DNA from: Candidatus Woesearchaeota archaeon
Lineage (GTDB): Archaea > Nanobdellota > Nanobdellia > Woesearchaeales > SKGA01
Direction of reading: 5' to 3'
Assembly (NCBI GenBank): GCA_016926395.1
Contig: JAFGOT010000020.1
Location: forward strand, 1 to 24,726
DNA: 24,726 nucleotides
Positions 1-9,921 of the stretch are shown here, piece after piece. The position numbers were made by a program, and so were the translations under genes. Position 1 is the stretch's first letter; each line of letters opens with the position of its first letter. The notes under the pieces were generated by a model, which saw only the letters and a list, made by a program, of their open reading frames with translations, ran no database searches and was not told the origin of the DNA.

Positions 1-182
1 AAAGCTTTGGGTTGAAAGAAAAAAAATTCTTTAGAGTAAACTCCAAATAAAAAATAAGCAACTCCTGTTTTTAAAAGTTCCTCTTAACGCAATAGTGAAA
101 AGCAATATCAAAGGAGCTTAAACAATAATATTAAAAAAAGGAAGGAAAGTTTAAAAGAAGAAAACAACTAAAAGGAATTAAA

Positions 183-1913
183 ATGGATTACAAAAACTCT
201 CTAGCAAAAGAAGTCGCTCTTATAATTGGAAAAAAAGAAAGCGAAATAATAGAATTATTTGAAATACCAAAAGACGAATCAATGGGAGATTTCGCATTCC
301 CATGCTTTACGCTGGCTAGAGACTTACGCAAATCACCACAAGAAATTGCTACAATGATTGCTGATGAATTTGTTAGAAGTAAACTTTCAGAAATTGCAAA
401 AGTAGAAGCAATCAACGCATATGTTAATTTCACGATAGAAGATAAAAATCTAATCAAAAAAGAACTTAACAAAATTCTTAGTGCTAAAAAAATAATTGAA
501 AAAACAGAAAAGAAAACAACTACATTAATAGAATCTCCAAGTCCAAATACAAACAAACCATTACATCTAGGACACTTAAGAAATATGCTTTTAGGAGCAA
601 GTATTGCAAACATGCAAAAAGCAATAGGAAAAGACGCAAAAATTGTTAACCTAATCAACGATAGAGGAGTTCATATTTGTAAATCAATGTTAGCATATCA
701 AAAGTCAGGAGAAAAAGAAACACCTGAAAAAGCTAAAATAAAGTCAGATCATTTCGTTGGAAACTATTACGTTGAATTTAATAAGCTAGGAGCAAAAAGT
801 GAAGCAAAGAAAAATATGCTTGAAGAAGAAGCTCAAGAAATGCTTGTTAAATGGGAAAAAGGAGATACAGAAATTCACAAACTTTGGGAAAAAATGAACA
901 AGTGGGCTTTGGATGGTTTTGAAGAAACATACAAAAAAATTGGTTTTAAGATTGAAAAAAACTACTACGAAAGTCAAGTCTACCAAGGCGGAAAGGAAAT
1001 AATACTAAAAGGATTAAAAGAAAAAGTTTTCGAACAAGATGATACAGGAGCAATATTTGTTGATTTAACAAGTAAAAAACTTGATAAAAAAATTCTTCTA
1101 AGAGCAAATGGAACATCCGTTTACATAACACAAGACATCAATCTAGCAAATATAAGACACGAAGAATACAAATTTGATGAATTGATTTATGTTGTCGGAA
1201 ATGAACAAGAATATCATTTCAAAGTACTATTTGAAATATACAAATTATTAGGTTGGAACTTTGGGGAAAAGTGCAAACACTTCTCATATGGAATGGTCGA
1301 GTTACCAGATGGTAAAATGAAATCTAGAGAAGGAAATGTTATTGACACTGATGAGCTAATAGAACAAGTAACCGAACTAGCAAAAACAGCAGTAAAAGAA
1401 AGATTTAAAGAACTAAAATCAAAAGAAATAGAAAAAAGAGCAAAAACTATCGCACTAGGAGCAATTAAGTTCTTCTTCCTAAAAAATGATCCTTTGAAAA
1501 ATTTTGTATTCGATCCAAAAGAAAGTTTATCTTTTGAGGGAGAAACAGGCCCATACATACAATACTCCCATGCAAGGATTTGCTCAATACTAAGAAAAGC
1601 AAAATACGACGATTCAAAAGTTAAATCATACGATGCAAATTTACTTTCAAGAGAAGGAGATAAAAAATTAGTAAAACTAATGAGTAAATTCCAAGAAGTA
1701 GTTGAAAGATCAGCAAGAGAACTAAAACCAAACCACGTTTGTAATTACTTGATTAGTTTAGCTCAAGCATTTAACACATACTATTCAAAGCATAAAATAA
1801 TCCAAGAAGATAAAAAAGTCCAAGAAGCAAGATTAACACTAATTGCAGCACTCAAAAAAATATTAGCAGAAGGACTTGATTTAATTGGAATAGAAGCTCC
1901 TGAAAAGATGTAA
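183..1913 (+). CDS. argS: Arginine--tRNA ligase
   Basis: Class I aaRS motifs: SPNTNKPLHLGH (HIGH) and KMKSREG (KMSKS). N-terminal GDFAFPCF and C-terminal GETGPYIQY..ARI..IL/DALR anticodon-binding domain. Confidence 0.97.
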   Translation: MDYKNSLAKEVALIIGKKESEIIELFEIPKDESMGDFAFPCFTLARDLRKSPQEIATMIADEFVRSKLSEIAKVEAINAYVNFTIEDKNLIKKELNKILSAKKIIEKTEKKTTTLIESPSPNTNKPLHLGHLRNMLLGASIANMQKAIGKDAKIVNLINDRGVHICKSMLAYQKSGEKETPEKAKIKSDHFVGNYYVEFNKLGAKSEAKKNMLEEEAQEMLVKWEKGDTEIHKLWEKMNKWALDGFEETYKKIGFKIEKNYYESQVYQGGKEIILKGLKEKVFEQDDTGAIFVDLTSKKLDKKILLRANGTSVYITQDINLANIRHEEYKFDELIYVVGNEQEYHFKVLFEIYKLLGWNFGEKCKHFSYGMVELPDGKMKSREGNVIDTDELIEQVTELAKTAVKERFKELKSKEIEKRAKTIALGAIKFFFLKNDPLKNFVFDPKESLSFEGETGPYIQYSHARICSILRKAKYDDSKVKSYDANLLSREGDKKLVKLMSKFQEVVERSARELKPNHVCNYLISLAQAFNTYYSKHKIIQEDKKVQEARLTLIAALKKILAEGLDLIGIEAPEKM

Positions 1914-1997
1914 AACATTTATTTTTAATTTATTTTTTTAATTCTAAAAAAAGTCTAATGAGAAATAATGTGATAAATAAAAAGTAAAGAAAAAAAC

Positions 1998-2399
1998 TTA
2001 TTCAAAGTCATCAGGAGAAGAAATAGAACTATTACTTCCGCCACCACGATAAATTTCTGCAAAGCTTGGAGTTACAACAATGTAATCATCACCAAATCCA
2101 GCAATATCCCCATCAACTGCTTCACAAGTTTTTTTCAGTTTGTTAATAGATCGTTTTAGTTCTAGAAGGTCTTTTTCCTTTAAAGGTTTAATATTAACTA
2201 ATGCAATAGTATAACTTTCTCGAAGAGAATCAAGAATGGGTTTTACATCCGCAAAATCAGTTATTACAAAAGGTCTAACAATAACTTTTTGATCAGGCTC
2301 ATGACGAGAGCTATTAGTATTAAGTTCTACATATTCCTCAGTTTGCATACCATCATCTTCATCAAATGATTGTTTTTTCTTGCTTGAAAAGAATCCCAT
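1998..2399 (-). CDS. sepF: Archaeal cell division protein SepF
   Basis: C-terminal SepF core (ILDSLRE..IALVNI..LK..D...LKR....LKKTCEA.DGDIAG..D.YIVVTP). GGAGG Shine-Dalgarno at 2409-2413. Confidence 0.88.
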   Translation of the reverse strand: MGFFSSKKKQSFDEDDGMQTEEYVELNTNSSRHEPDQKVIVRPFVITDFADVKPILDSLRESYTIALVNIKPLKEKDLLELKRSINKLKKTCEAVDGDIAGFGDDYIVVTPSFAEIYRGGGSNSSISSPDDFE

Positions 2400-2629
2400 T
2401 ATTTACATCCTCCAGTAAAAATCAATTTCCTTGAAATCTCAAGGCACACTCCCTCTACATTGTGTGTTATATAGAATTTTTAGAGTTTAATTGGTTTATA
2501 AAGGTTTTGATATGCAATAATTCAAATATTTATAAAAAACAGAATTTTACTACTGTAAAGTAACTAATATTTCGAAACATTTATATACTTGTAAATCTAT
2601 AATAATAGTAATAAGAATGAGGCGATAAT

Positions 2630-3793
2630 ATGACTGAAAACAAAATTGAAAATCCTTACAAAACACTTGGATTAGACAGTACTGCGACAGCAGAAGACAT
2701 TAAAAAGGTTTACAGACAATTAGCAATTCAATATCACCCCGATAAACTTATGCAACTATCTCCTGAAGAAAGAAGAAAAGCAGAAGAAACATTCAAAGAA
2801 AAAAATGAAGCATATAAAATTCTTAATGATCCTTTAAAGAAAGTAAGATTTGACACTAAAGAAAAATTTAAGGAAAAACAATGGAAAGCAAATAGCGAAT
2901 ATAGAGCAGACATAAACAATTACGCAGATTTCTTTAGACAAACCATTCAAAACATCAAACAACAAAACGAACAACTGCAAGATAAAAGCGACGAAGAAGT
3001 ATTACACTTACAGCTAGAACACATGGTTCGAAATAGAATGTACAACACACTAGAAAGTGAAGTAGTTATTGGTGGACAAAAAAGGAAACAAGTTCAACAA
3101 TATGGGCTAGTAGACTATGTAACATTTGCAGCAAAAGAAGAACTAGTAGATCCAAAAGACGTAAATGAACTGATTAGAGAAAATATAGAAGTCAACGAAG
3201 GCAACATCCACAATCTGGAAACAGATTTAGAAGCGATAATAGACATATCTAACTCAAATAAGTTAAACAGACAAGAAGAACTAGAACCTGTAATTGAAAA
3301 CGTCACCAGCATGTACAGTTATTTACTGGAAGCTAAAACAGAATACGCCACTGCCAAAAGAGAAGGCATTAATCCCCATCAATTAACAGACATAATTGAC
3401 CACATAGAAAAAGTCTACGAAGGCAAATTCCTATTAAATAAAAACGAATTAGCAAAGAAAAGAGCAGAAATTGAAGAAAATTTATACGAACGATTAAAAG
3501 AAGATTTATACGAAAACATAATCTCTCAACCGGATGAAACAATAGCTAAATGGTACATCGATACAATTGAATTTGTTAATGGATACCTTGGTAGAACAGA
3601 CAGATTCCAAGATGTTAAGAATAATTTATTACCTGAACTAATGGAACAAGCAATTGCCGAAGAAGGGGAATTTAGTGAAAGTGCAAATGTGATTAGAAAA
3701 ATTGCAGAGTACATTGGAAGCGATCTTCAAAGAGCAAAAGAACAAGAGGAAAAATTCCAAGTTACAAAAGAAGTAGCTAAGTACACACTATAA
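2630..3793 (+). CDS. Class C J-domain (DnaJ-like) protein with uncharacterised helical C-terminus
   Basis: N-terminal J domain (NPYKTLGL...IKKVYRQLAIQYHPDK...F....EAY.IL.DP) with intact HPD. No G/F region or zinc finger. GAGGCGA SD-like sequence upstream. Confidence 0.85.
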   Translation: MTENKIENPYKTLGLDSTATAEDIKKVYRQLAIQYHPDKLMQLSPEERRKAEETFKEKNEAYKILNDPLKKVRFDTKEKFKEKQWKANSEYRADINNYADFFRQTIQNIKQQNEQLQDKSDEEVLHLQLEHMVRNRMYNTLESEVVIGGQKRKQVQQYGLVDYVTFAAKEELVDPKDVNELIRENIEVNEGNIHNLETDLEAIIDISNSNKLNRQEELEPVIENVTSMYSYLLEAKTEYATAKREGINPHQLTDIIDHIEKVYEGKFLLNKNELAKKRAEIEENLYERLKEDLYENIISQPDETIAKWYIDTIEFVNGYLGRTDRFQDVKNNLLPELMEQAIAEEGEFSESANVIRKIAEYIGSDLQRAKEQEEKFQVTKEVAKYTL

Positions 3794-3795
3794 AA

Positions 3796-5625
3796 CTAAG
3801 ATCTAACTTTATCCTTAGCTTCTTTTTCTTTTTTATCTTCTTCAGCAATTATATCTTTAACTTTTTTCAAGACATTATTTCTGCCAGCATAAAGAACCTT
3901 AGTTGCATCCAAATAAGCTTCAACAGCGTGCAAAGCAGCATCGTATTCAGGAGGAGGAGTTTTAGTTTTTGCATGAGTCACAGCTTTTCGAACAGATTCA
4001 ACTTCAGGACCTAAAGACTCAAGAATAGAAATAAAATTAGAAACAGCTGAACGTGTTGATTTTTTATCTTTAATTAAATCATCAGTTTCGGAAATTATTT
4101 TTTCAACATGAGCATCACGATCTACAAATATTTGTAAAATCCGCTCTAAAAGGTCAAAAGTTTGAGTAACATAAGTATCAACCATTCTAGTCCCATAACC
4201 AGTACTGACTTTTCTTTTAACTTCTGCAGTAATAGTTCTTGCATGGTGAACATAATTAGATAAAGTGTTATGTGCTCTTTGCATTTCGGTTTTAATTTGA
4301 CCACCAAATTTAGTGTAAACGCCAGTTAAATCCTTTTCTTTATCTTTATCTTTTCGCATCTTTTCTTTAATTATAACAATTTCATCACGTGCAAGTTTCA
4401 TAACTGCAGTTTGATGTCGTTCCAGTTCGGACACTAAAGTAGATATTTTTGAAGAAGCTGCTTTTAATTTTGTTCCAACATTTGGTTCTTGTTCAACAAT
4501 AGAACGTAATTCATCTAAGTGTTTGTGAGCTCTAGCATAATCACCATCAAAAATAGCATCTCTCATTTCACTTGCTTCAAGATGTTTTTTCTTATAACCA
4601 AGATTATCAAAAACTTCTGTTTGACGAGTTAAATGCTCTCTTAAAGCAGCCAGTTCAGAAATGATAGAATGCATATATCTAAAGTGATCAGAAAGAAGTT
4701 TATTCTCCGCCATTAATTTCGTATACTCTTTTTCATCAACTTCATGACCTATTGAAGCTACAACACGTCGGAAAATGTGAATCATTTGTTTTTCAACACT
4801 TTCTTCCTTCATCTCATCATGAGCCCAGTGTGAAAGTACAGAATTAATTTTTTCAACTAAAGAATTAACATCACCATCTAGAACATCTTCATGTTTCATA
4901 GAAGTAATCAAAGCACCAATGTGATTACCTAAAGCTTGAGCGTATTGATGAACCAAACCTTGTTCTCCTTTTTGAGCCGCAGAAGCCAATTGTTGCATCA
5001 ATCTAGTGATTTCATCAATTTGATTTTTCTCGCTTCCAGCCAAGGAAATAATTTCGTCAATGTCATCATTTAATTTATCAAGATCTTTATTGACTCGTTT
5101 GTAATATTTTTTATCCAAAGCAACATCATGTTTTATTTTGTAAAGCTCTTTTCTTGCTTCTAAATCGGACTTGTGAGCTAAATGCATTTGCTGTGCAACT
5201 TCAAAGTGATTTTTCTTATTATGATTTAGGAAAATTATAAACATGAAAATTACAGCAGTAACAAATGCAGCAATTAAAAATAGAGTACTCCAAGAAAGTA
5301 TTGCATTATACACTGATTGTTGAGCCAAGCCAAGAATTGAAATGCCAATAGCAATCATCCTAGCATATTTATGATGTTCTTCATCCTTGAAAATAGTTGT
5401 TACAGCAATAAAATAAGTTAGTCCAAAGACAACCACAATCAAACCAATCAAAGGTGCTGCCGTAACCAAATTGTCCGCAGTACAACCAGCACTTAAGTGA
5501 AATAAACATTTGAAAGCTTCGAAAAAAGCACTTAAATCTCCTCGAACAGTGTGCGTTTCAGCAAGAACTGCAGGAAAAGAGAGAAATATTGCCAGAATAG
5601 ACGCTAAAGTAAGTTTTTTCACCAT
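3796..5625 (-). CDS. Hypothetical membrane protein: signal-like N-terminus, ~3 TM helices, long coiled-coil/helical domain
   Basis: Long ORF with hydrophobic segments in the first ~135 aa, then a charged helical region. AGGTG SD at 5631-5635 favours ATG 5625 over the track's GTG 5631. Confidence 0.85.
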   Translation of the reverse strand: MVKKLTLASILAIFLSFPAVLAETHTVRGDLSAFFEAFKCLFHLSAGCTADNLVTAAPLIGLIVVVFGLTYFIAVTTIFKDEEHHKYARMIAIGISILGLAQQSVYNAILSWSTLFLIAAFVTAVIFMFIIFLNHNKKNHFEVAQQMHLAHKSDLEARKELYKIKHDVALDKKYYKRVNKDLDKLNDDIDEIISLAGSEKNQIDEITRLMQQLASAAQKGEQGLVHQYAQALGNHIGALITSMKHEDVLDGDVNSLVEKINSVLSHWAHDEMKEESVEKQMIHIFRRVVASIGHEVDEKEYTKLMAENKLLSDHFRYMHSIISELAALREHLTRQTEVFDNLGYKKKHLEASEMRDAIFDGDYARAHKHLDELRSIVEQEPNVGTKLKAASSKISTLVSELERHQTAVMKLARDEIVIIKEKMRKDKDKEKDLTGVYTKFGGQIKTEMQRAHNTLSNYVHHARTITAEVKRKVSTGYGTRMVDTYVTQTFDLLERILQIFVDRDAHVEKIISETDDLIKDKKSTRSAVSNFISILESLGPEVESVRKAVTHAKTKTPPPEYDAALHAVEAYLDATKVLYAGRNNVLKKVKDIIAEEDKKEKEAKDKVRS

Positions 5626-5732
5626 CGACACACCTAAATATACATGTATGAGTTTAAAACTGGAAGTTTTACTTTTTAAATCTTACTATAAAAAAACACT
5701 CATTAAAGCAATAAATAGAAACAAAAGCCAAT

Positions 5733-7598
5733 CTAAAGACCAAGAGTTTCAAGCATCTCGTCTTTATCAAAAGGCTTTAAATCATCATAAGTTTGACCAG
5801 TACCCAAATAAAGAATAGGTTTTCTAGTCACATAGCTAACACTTATCGCAGCACCACCTTTTTCATCAACATCTGCTTTTGAAAGAATAATACCATCAAT
5901 ACCAACAGCTTCATTGAAAGCAACAGCTTGCTCAACACAATCATTACCAGTGATAGATTCGCCAATAAAAATTGTTAAATCAGGTTTATTTACCCGAACT
6001 AGTTTTTTCAACTCATCCATGAGATTAGAATTAGACTGCAATCGTCCAGCAGTATCAATAAGAACCAAGTCCAAATCTTTAGCTTGAGCATGTTTTATAG
6101 CATCAAATGCAACTGCCGCAGGATCAGCATCATAATCATGTTTAATTAATTTGACACCTAATTTATTTGTGTGTTCTTCAAGCTGTTGAATTGCAGCAGC
6201 ACGAAAAGTATCAGCAGCAGCTACGACCATAGATAAATTTTGTTTCTGAAATAAATTAATAAGTTTTGCAAGAGTGGTTGTTTTTCCGCTGCCATTAACA
6301 CCAACCATACAAATTACAAACGGCAAACGAGAATCAGAATTCTGCGAAACAGATTGACGGTGTTTTTTTATTTTTTCAATCAAGTCAAAAGTAGGAACGG
6401 ATAATATTTCATCAAGAGAATTTTTCAAAGTTTCAAAAATAACATCTCCAACTTCTTTTCTTGAAACATTCTCAGAAGTTAATTTTTCTTTAAGATCAGA
6501 TTTGATTTTTTCGATAACTTCGCTTGCCACATTACCTTCAAGCAGGGCAAGTTCAAAGTCCCAAAATATTTCTTCAAAAACATCATCAGTTAATTGGAAT
6601 TTAACTACTCGTTCTTTTAATTTACCAAAGAAACCTTTTTTCTTTTTAGTTGAATCATCAACATCTTCTTTTAATAAATCTTTATGAGCAACTTCTTTAT
6701 TTATAGATTGAGAACGGTCAACAGAAGAAGTCATCGTTTCTTTTTCGCTTTCTACTTCTTTAACAACATCATCTAAATCATCAGCAATTTCTTCTGCAAT
6801 TTTATCGGAAGAATCGTCTTTTGAATCATCATCTTCAATTAAAGACACATCATCATCGAAATCATCTTTAGCTTCTTTTTTACCAAATATTTTCTTGAAA
6901 AAACCTTTTTTTTCCTCTTTCTCCTCTGCAATATCAACTACATCTTCGGTATCAACAGGCAAAACATCTTCAACAACATCAGTATCAACTATTTGGTCAT
7001 CAACTATTTCTTCTTGTTTGATTTCTTCATCTACAATAGCAATATCATTTTGAGAATTTGAATCATTAGCAAAAATTTCTTCTTTGTCACTTTCTTCGTT
7101 ATAATTATTAACTTCATCAACATCGGGAGCGTTGGAAGCTTGTTGTTCTGCTTCTTCAAAAGATTTATTTCGTTGAACAACTTCTTCAACTAAAGGATCA
7201 ACTTCAATAACTTCTTTTTCCACACTGGAAGAAACATCAGACTCTTTAACTTCATCAACAATAAGTTCATTAGATTCATAAAGAACTTCGTCTTGTTCAT
7301 CATCAAGAGATTCATCTTCAACAATTAAAGATTTTCTAGATTTGATTTCATCATCAACATCAGATATCAAATCGTCAACAGAATGAACTAAATCACCAGC
7401 ATCATCAGAAGATTCGATAATATCTTCTTTATTAGGTTCGACTACGGATTCAATTTCTTTTTTTTCTTCTTCTAAAGAGAGTAATTCATCTTGAGTAAGA
7501 TTATCAACGGACAATTCTTCACTTTCTTCTTCAGCTTTTTTTGTAAACTTTTCAACAGTTTCTTTTAGCTTATTTTTTAGAAATTTAAACATTGCCAC
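5733..7598 (-). CDS. ftsY: Signal recognition particle receptor FtsY with ~310-aa acidic N-terminal extension
   Basis: SRP GTPase motifs GVNGSGKTTT, DTFRAAA, DTAGR, SKAD, GGAA, G.GQ.Y.DL. Start is GTG 7598 or ATG 7592 (GGTGA SD upstream). Confidence 0.96.
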   Translation of the reverse strand: MAMFKFLKNKLKETVEKFTKKAEEESEELSVDNLTQDELLSLEEEKKEIESVVEPNKEDIIESSDDAGDLVHSVDDLISDVDDEIKSRKSLIVEDESLDDEQDEVLYESNELIVDEVKESDVSSSVEKEVIEVDPLVEEVVQRNKSFEEAEQQASNAPDVDEVNNYNEESDKEEIFANDSNSQNDIAIVDEEIKQEEIVDDQIVDTDVVEDVLPVDTEDVVDIAEEKEEKKGFFKKIFGKKEAKDDFDDDVSLIEDDDSKDDSSDKIAEEIADDLDDVVKEVESEKETMTSSVDRSQSINKEVAHKDLLKEDVDDSTKKKKGFFGKLKERVVKFQLTDDVFEEIFWDFELALLEGNVASEVIEKIKSDLKEKLTSENVSRKEVGDVIFETLKNSLDEILSVPTFDLIEKIKKHRQSVSQNSDSRLPFVICMVGVNGSGKTTTLAKLINLFQKQNLSMVVAAADTFRAAAIQQLEEHTNKLGVKLIKHDYDADPAAVAFDAIKHAQAKDLDLVLIDTAGRLQSNSNLMDELKKLVRVNKPDLTIFIGESITGNDCVEQAVAFNEAVGIDGIILSKADVDEKGGAAISVSYVTRKPILYLGTGQTYDDLKPFDKDEMLETLGL

Positions 7599-7611
7599 TT
7601 TTACATCACCA

Positions 7612-8016
7612 TTATTTTGAACGCATTTCCTTTTCGATTTTCTCTTGAAGTTTTAATGCTCTAGAAACTGTTTGTTCGTATAAATTATTTGTTTCTAAAG
7701 AAAAAATATTTATTTGTTCAGCTTGTTTGTTAATATAATTTATTGCTTCTAAAACAGGCTTTTCTACAACAACACCAGCACCAACAACAACTTTAACATT
7801 TTTTATATCTTTAGCATCAACAGTGGCAAAAGTTCCACCACCAAGAGGAACTAATAATTCTTGACCTTCAGTAATATTAGTTAATGCATTAAGCATTTCA
7901 AGTGCAATAGCAGAATGTTCTAATTGCTGATTTGCAAACTCCATCGTTTGACTAAGTTCAGATAGTCTTTGATTTAAAAGTTCAAGTTCGACATAATCTT
8001 TTTGATTTACATTCAT
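7612..8016 (-). CDS. pfdA: Prefoldin alpha subunit
   Basis: Coiled coil - double beta-hairpin (ELLVPLGGGTF...VKVVVGAGVVVEK...EAI) - coiled coil. Directly upstream of ftsY as in the conserved archaeal cluster. AGGTG SD favours ATG 8016. Confidence 0.9.
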   Translation of the reverse strand: MNVNQKDYVELELLNQRLSELSQTMEFANQQLEHSAIALEMLNALTNITEGQELLVPLGGGTFATVDAKDIKNVKVVVGAGVVVEKPVLEAINYINKQAEQINIFSLETNNLYEQTVSRALKLQEKIEKEMRSK

Positions 8017-8103
8017 GAAAAACACCTTTAATAAATTGTCAAAATAAATTTAACCATCAACTCAATGAAAATATATTTACATTCTCAAGCAGTACAATTC
8101 TTT

Positions 8104-8772
8104 TTAGCCATCAATAAAACCAAGTGCATGATCTGCATTCATTATTTCTGGACCACCACTGATAGTTCCAACAACAAAACCCTTATCGTTAACTGCAATT
8201 CCACTAGAAACTTGAGGACTACCCATATTAACAGTTCCAGGAATTAATCTTAGACCAAGATGTTTACTTAAAGAAGCTATTTGTTTATCTGATAAATCAT
8301 GACTTACAAGACCAAAAGAATTGTTGTGTGCAATAAAAGAACCAATTATTGGAATTTCAAAATCAGATAACTGAACAGGAATATTTAGAAACTGAACAAT
8401 CTGTTCAATTGCAGACTTTTCTAAACTAGGATTACAAACTAAACCTTTTTTTGTAAAAACAAGATTATTACCTAAACAAGTGTTCGCAGTATTGACTAAA
8501 ATATAAGGAATTCCAGTTTTATCTAATAATTCCTTTTCATGATTGAAAAGAATATTCGGAACTAACAATTTCTCACCATCTGTTGCTAAAAAGACACCCA
8601 ATAAAGACGTACCAGCTACGGACATAGGAAATACTTTAGCTTGAAAAATCTCTTCAAGCAAAGAATAGTCCTCTTCAGGTACTTCATTTCCAACTAATAC
8701 AATATTATCAAGAGGAAAAATGTACAAACCTACAAGGCTATTACCATTAATATCTAATTTACTTACGTGCAT
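8104..8772 (-). CDS. eif6: Translation initiation factor 6 (aIF-6/eIF6)
   Basis: Pentein repeat pattern: GN..VGLY, GTSLLG, GNN, GTVNMGSP.V.SG..VND.G.VVG...SGPE. Confidence 0.93.
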   Translation of the reverse strand: MHVSKLDINGNSLVGLYIFPLDNIVLVGNEVPEEDYSLLEEIFQAKVFPMSVAGTSLLGVFLATDGEKLLVPNILFNHEKELLDKTGIPYILVNTANTCLGNNLVFTKKGLVCNPSLEKSAIEQIVQFLNIPVQLSDFEIPIIGSFIAHNNSFGLVSHDLSDKQIASLSKHLGLRLIPGTVNMGSPQVSSGIAVNDKGFVVGTISGGPEIMNADHALGFIDG

Positions 8773-8833
8773 AAAAACCCAATAACAAGAAGCAGTTTAA
8801 AAAGTTTTGCGAATAAAGGTGTTTAAAAAAGGG

Positions 8834-9640
8834 TTACTCCGACTTCTTGAATTCAATATCGAGAAGTTTTCTATTGAATATCTCCACTTCAATAGGTCCA
8901 AAATGAAATTCTTGATTTAAGTTTATTTTACGTTGATTTTCAAGATGAAGTAAAGGTAAAAAAGTAAAAACAACGTCTTGTTTTTCTTGAGAAGGCAAAA
9001 GTGATTCAAAAGGAATTGTGGATTTAGATTTAGTTAGCAATTTTTTAAGAGAATGCTGAATAGAATTCATTGAAACAGTCAAATCAAAAACCCTAACAGG
9101 AGCAGAGGGTTCATCCTCTTCTATACGAACCTGACTAAGAGTTCTTTGGCGTCTAATATCAGTTTCTAAAGCTGCTTCTAGCGCATCCACCAAGTCATAA
9201 ACAGAAACTTTTCGTTCTCGTGGTTGGGGAGTACGAGGAACAATTTGTCGTTGATCATTAAGAAATTGATTAATGTCAGTTTGTTCAAATTCAAAACCAT
9301 CTTCCTCAAGGAAGTCGTCTTCCAGAGCAGGACCGTTAATTAAACTATCAAGACCTGCAATATCATCTAAAAGAAGCTTATCACTCTTTATTTTTAGAAG
9401 TAAACTAGAGGTTAAGAGCATCTTTCCTCCAACTCTAAAATCAGTTTCTTTAAGTTTATTTAAGGTTTCAAGAAATTTCTTTGCAAGAAGCGAAACGTCA
9501 ATATCCCAAGGATTCATCCCTTCTGCTCTCACTAAATCATATATTAACTCTTTCCAATTCAGCTCATCTTTTTCAAAAACGATTTCAAAAACAGCATCTT
9601 GGGTTGACTTAGTTTCATGAGGAATAGCTTCAGGGGTCAT
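8834..9640 (-). CDS. scpA: Segregation and condensation protein A (SMC kleisin)
   Basis: MNPWDIDVS.LA..FL, GK.LL.SS.LLKIKSD, RERKVS..DL..AL, C-terminal V.TFLPLLHL.N..KI.L.QE..FG.I. TATA spacing favours ATG 9640 over GTG 9655. Confidence 0.92.
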   Translation of the reverse strand: MTPEAIPHETKSTQDAVFEIVFEKDELNWKELIYDLVRAEGMNPWDIDVSLLAKKFLETLNKLKETDFRVGGKMLLTSSLLLKIKSDKLLLDDIAGLDSLINGPALEDDFLEEDGFEFEQTDINQFLNDQRQIVPRTPQPRERKVSVYDLVDALEAALETDIRRQRTLSQVRIEEDEPSAPVRVFDLTVSMNSIQHSLKKLLTKSKSTIPFESLLPSQEKQDVVFTFLPLLHLENQRKINLNQEFHFGPIEVEIFNRKLLDIEFKKSE

Positions 9641-9823
9641 TGATATTAATCTCACATTAGTTTTAGTATATAAATATACTGATTTGGCTACTGATATACT
9701 TATTGTTAGGCACTGAAATATTTATAGGCAATAATAGCTCAAAACCACAGTAAACGGACTCAAATTGCATTTAAATGAGTTTTGGAAATGAAGAATAAAG
9801 ATCAAAAAAGAATAAGATAAGAA

Positions 9824-9852
9824 ATGGTGGGCTCACCCGGACTCGAACCGGG
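9824..9852 (-). repeat. Exact 29-bp duplicate of the tRNA-Val 3' end (T-arm, acceptor 3' strand, ACCA, plus one flanking base); att-like
   Basis: atggtgggctcacccggactcgaaccggg occurs at 9824-9852 and 9921-9949. Confidence 0.95.
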
Positions 9853-9921
9853 CAATCTCATTAACATTCGAAGTCCGATTCTAAGTAATTAAATAAAACA
9901 ATAATCTGCTAAAGAATAATA

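Noticed and set aside
1-182. Possible gene fragment at the window start
   Set aside because: Only short open frames without motifs; cannot be assigned.
9665-9680. Palindrome AGTATAT-AA-ATATACT upstream of scpA
   Set aside because: It coincides with the TATA box and is mostly A/T, so the symmetry is largely expected from composition.
9853-9880. CTTCGAA in the spacer resembling a tRNA-Arg(UCG) anticodon loop, which would make the duplicate a second degenerate tRNA
   Set aside because: The flanks (TCGGA/TGTTA) do not form a stem, spacing to the T-arm is 14 rather than ~10 nt, and there is no D-arm or 5' acceptor strand.
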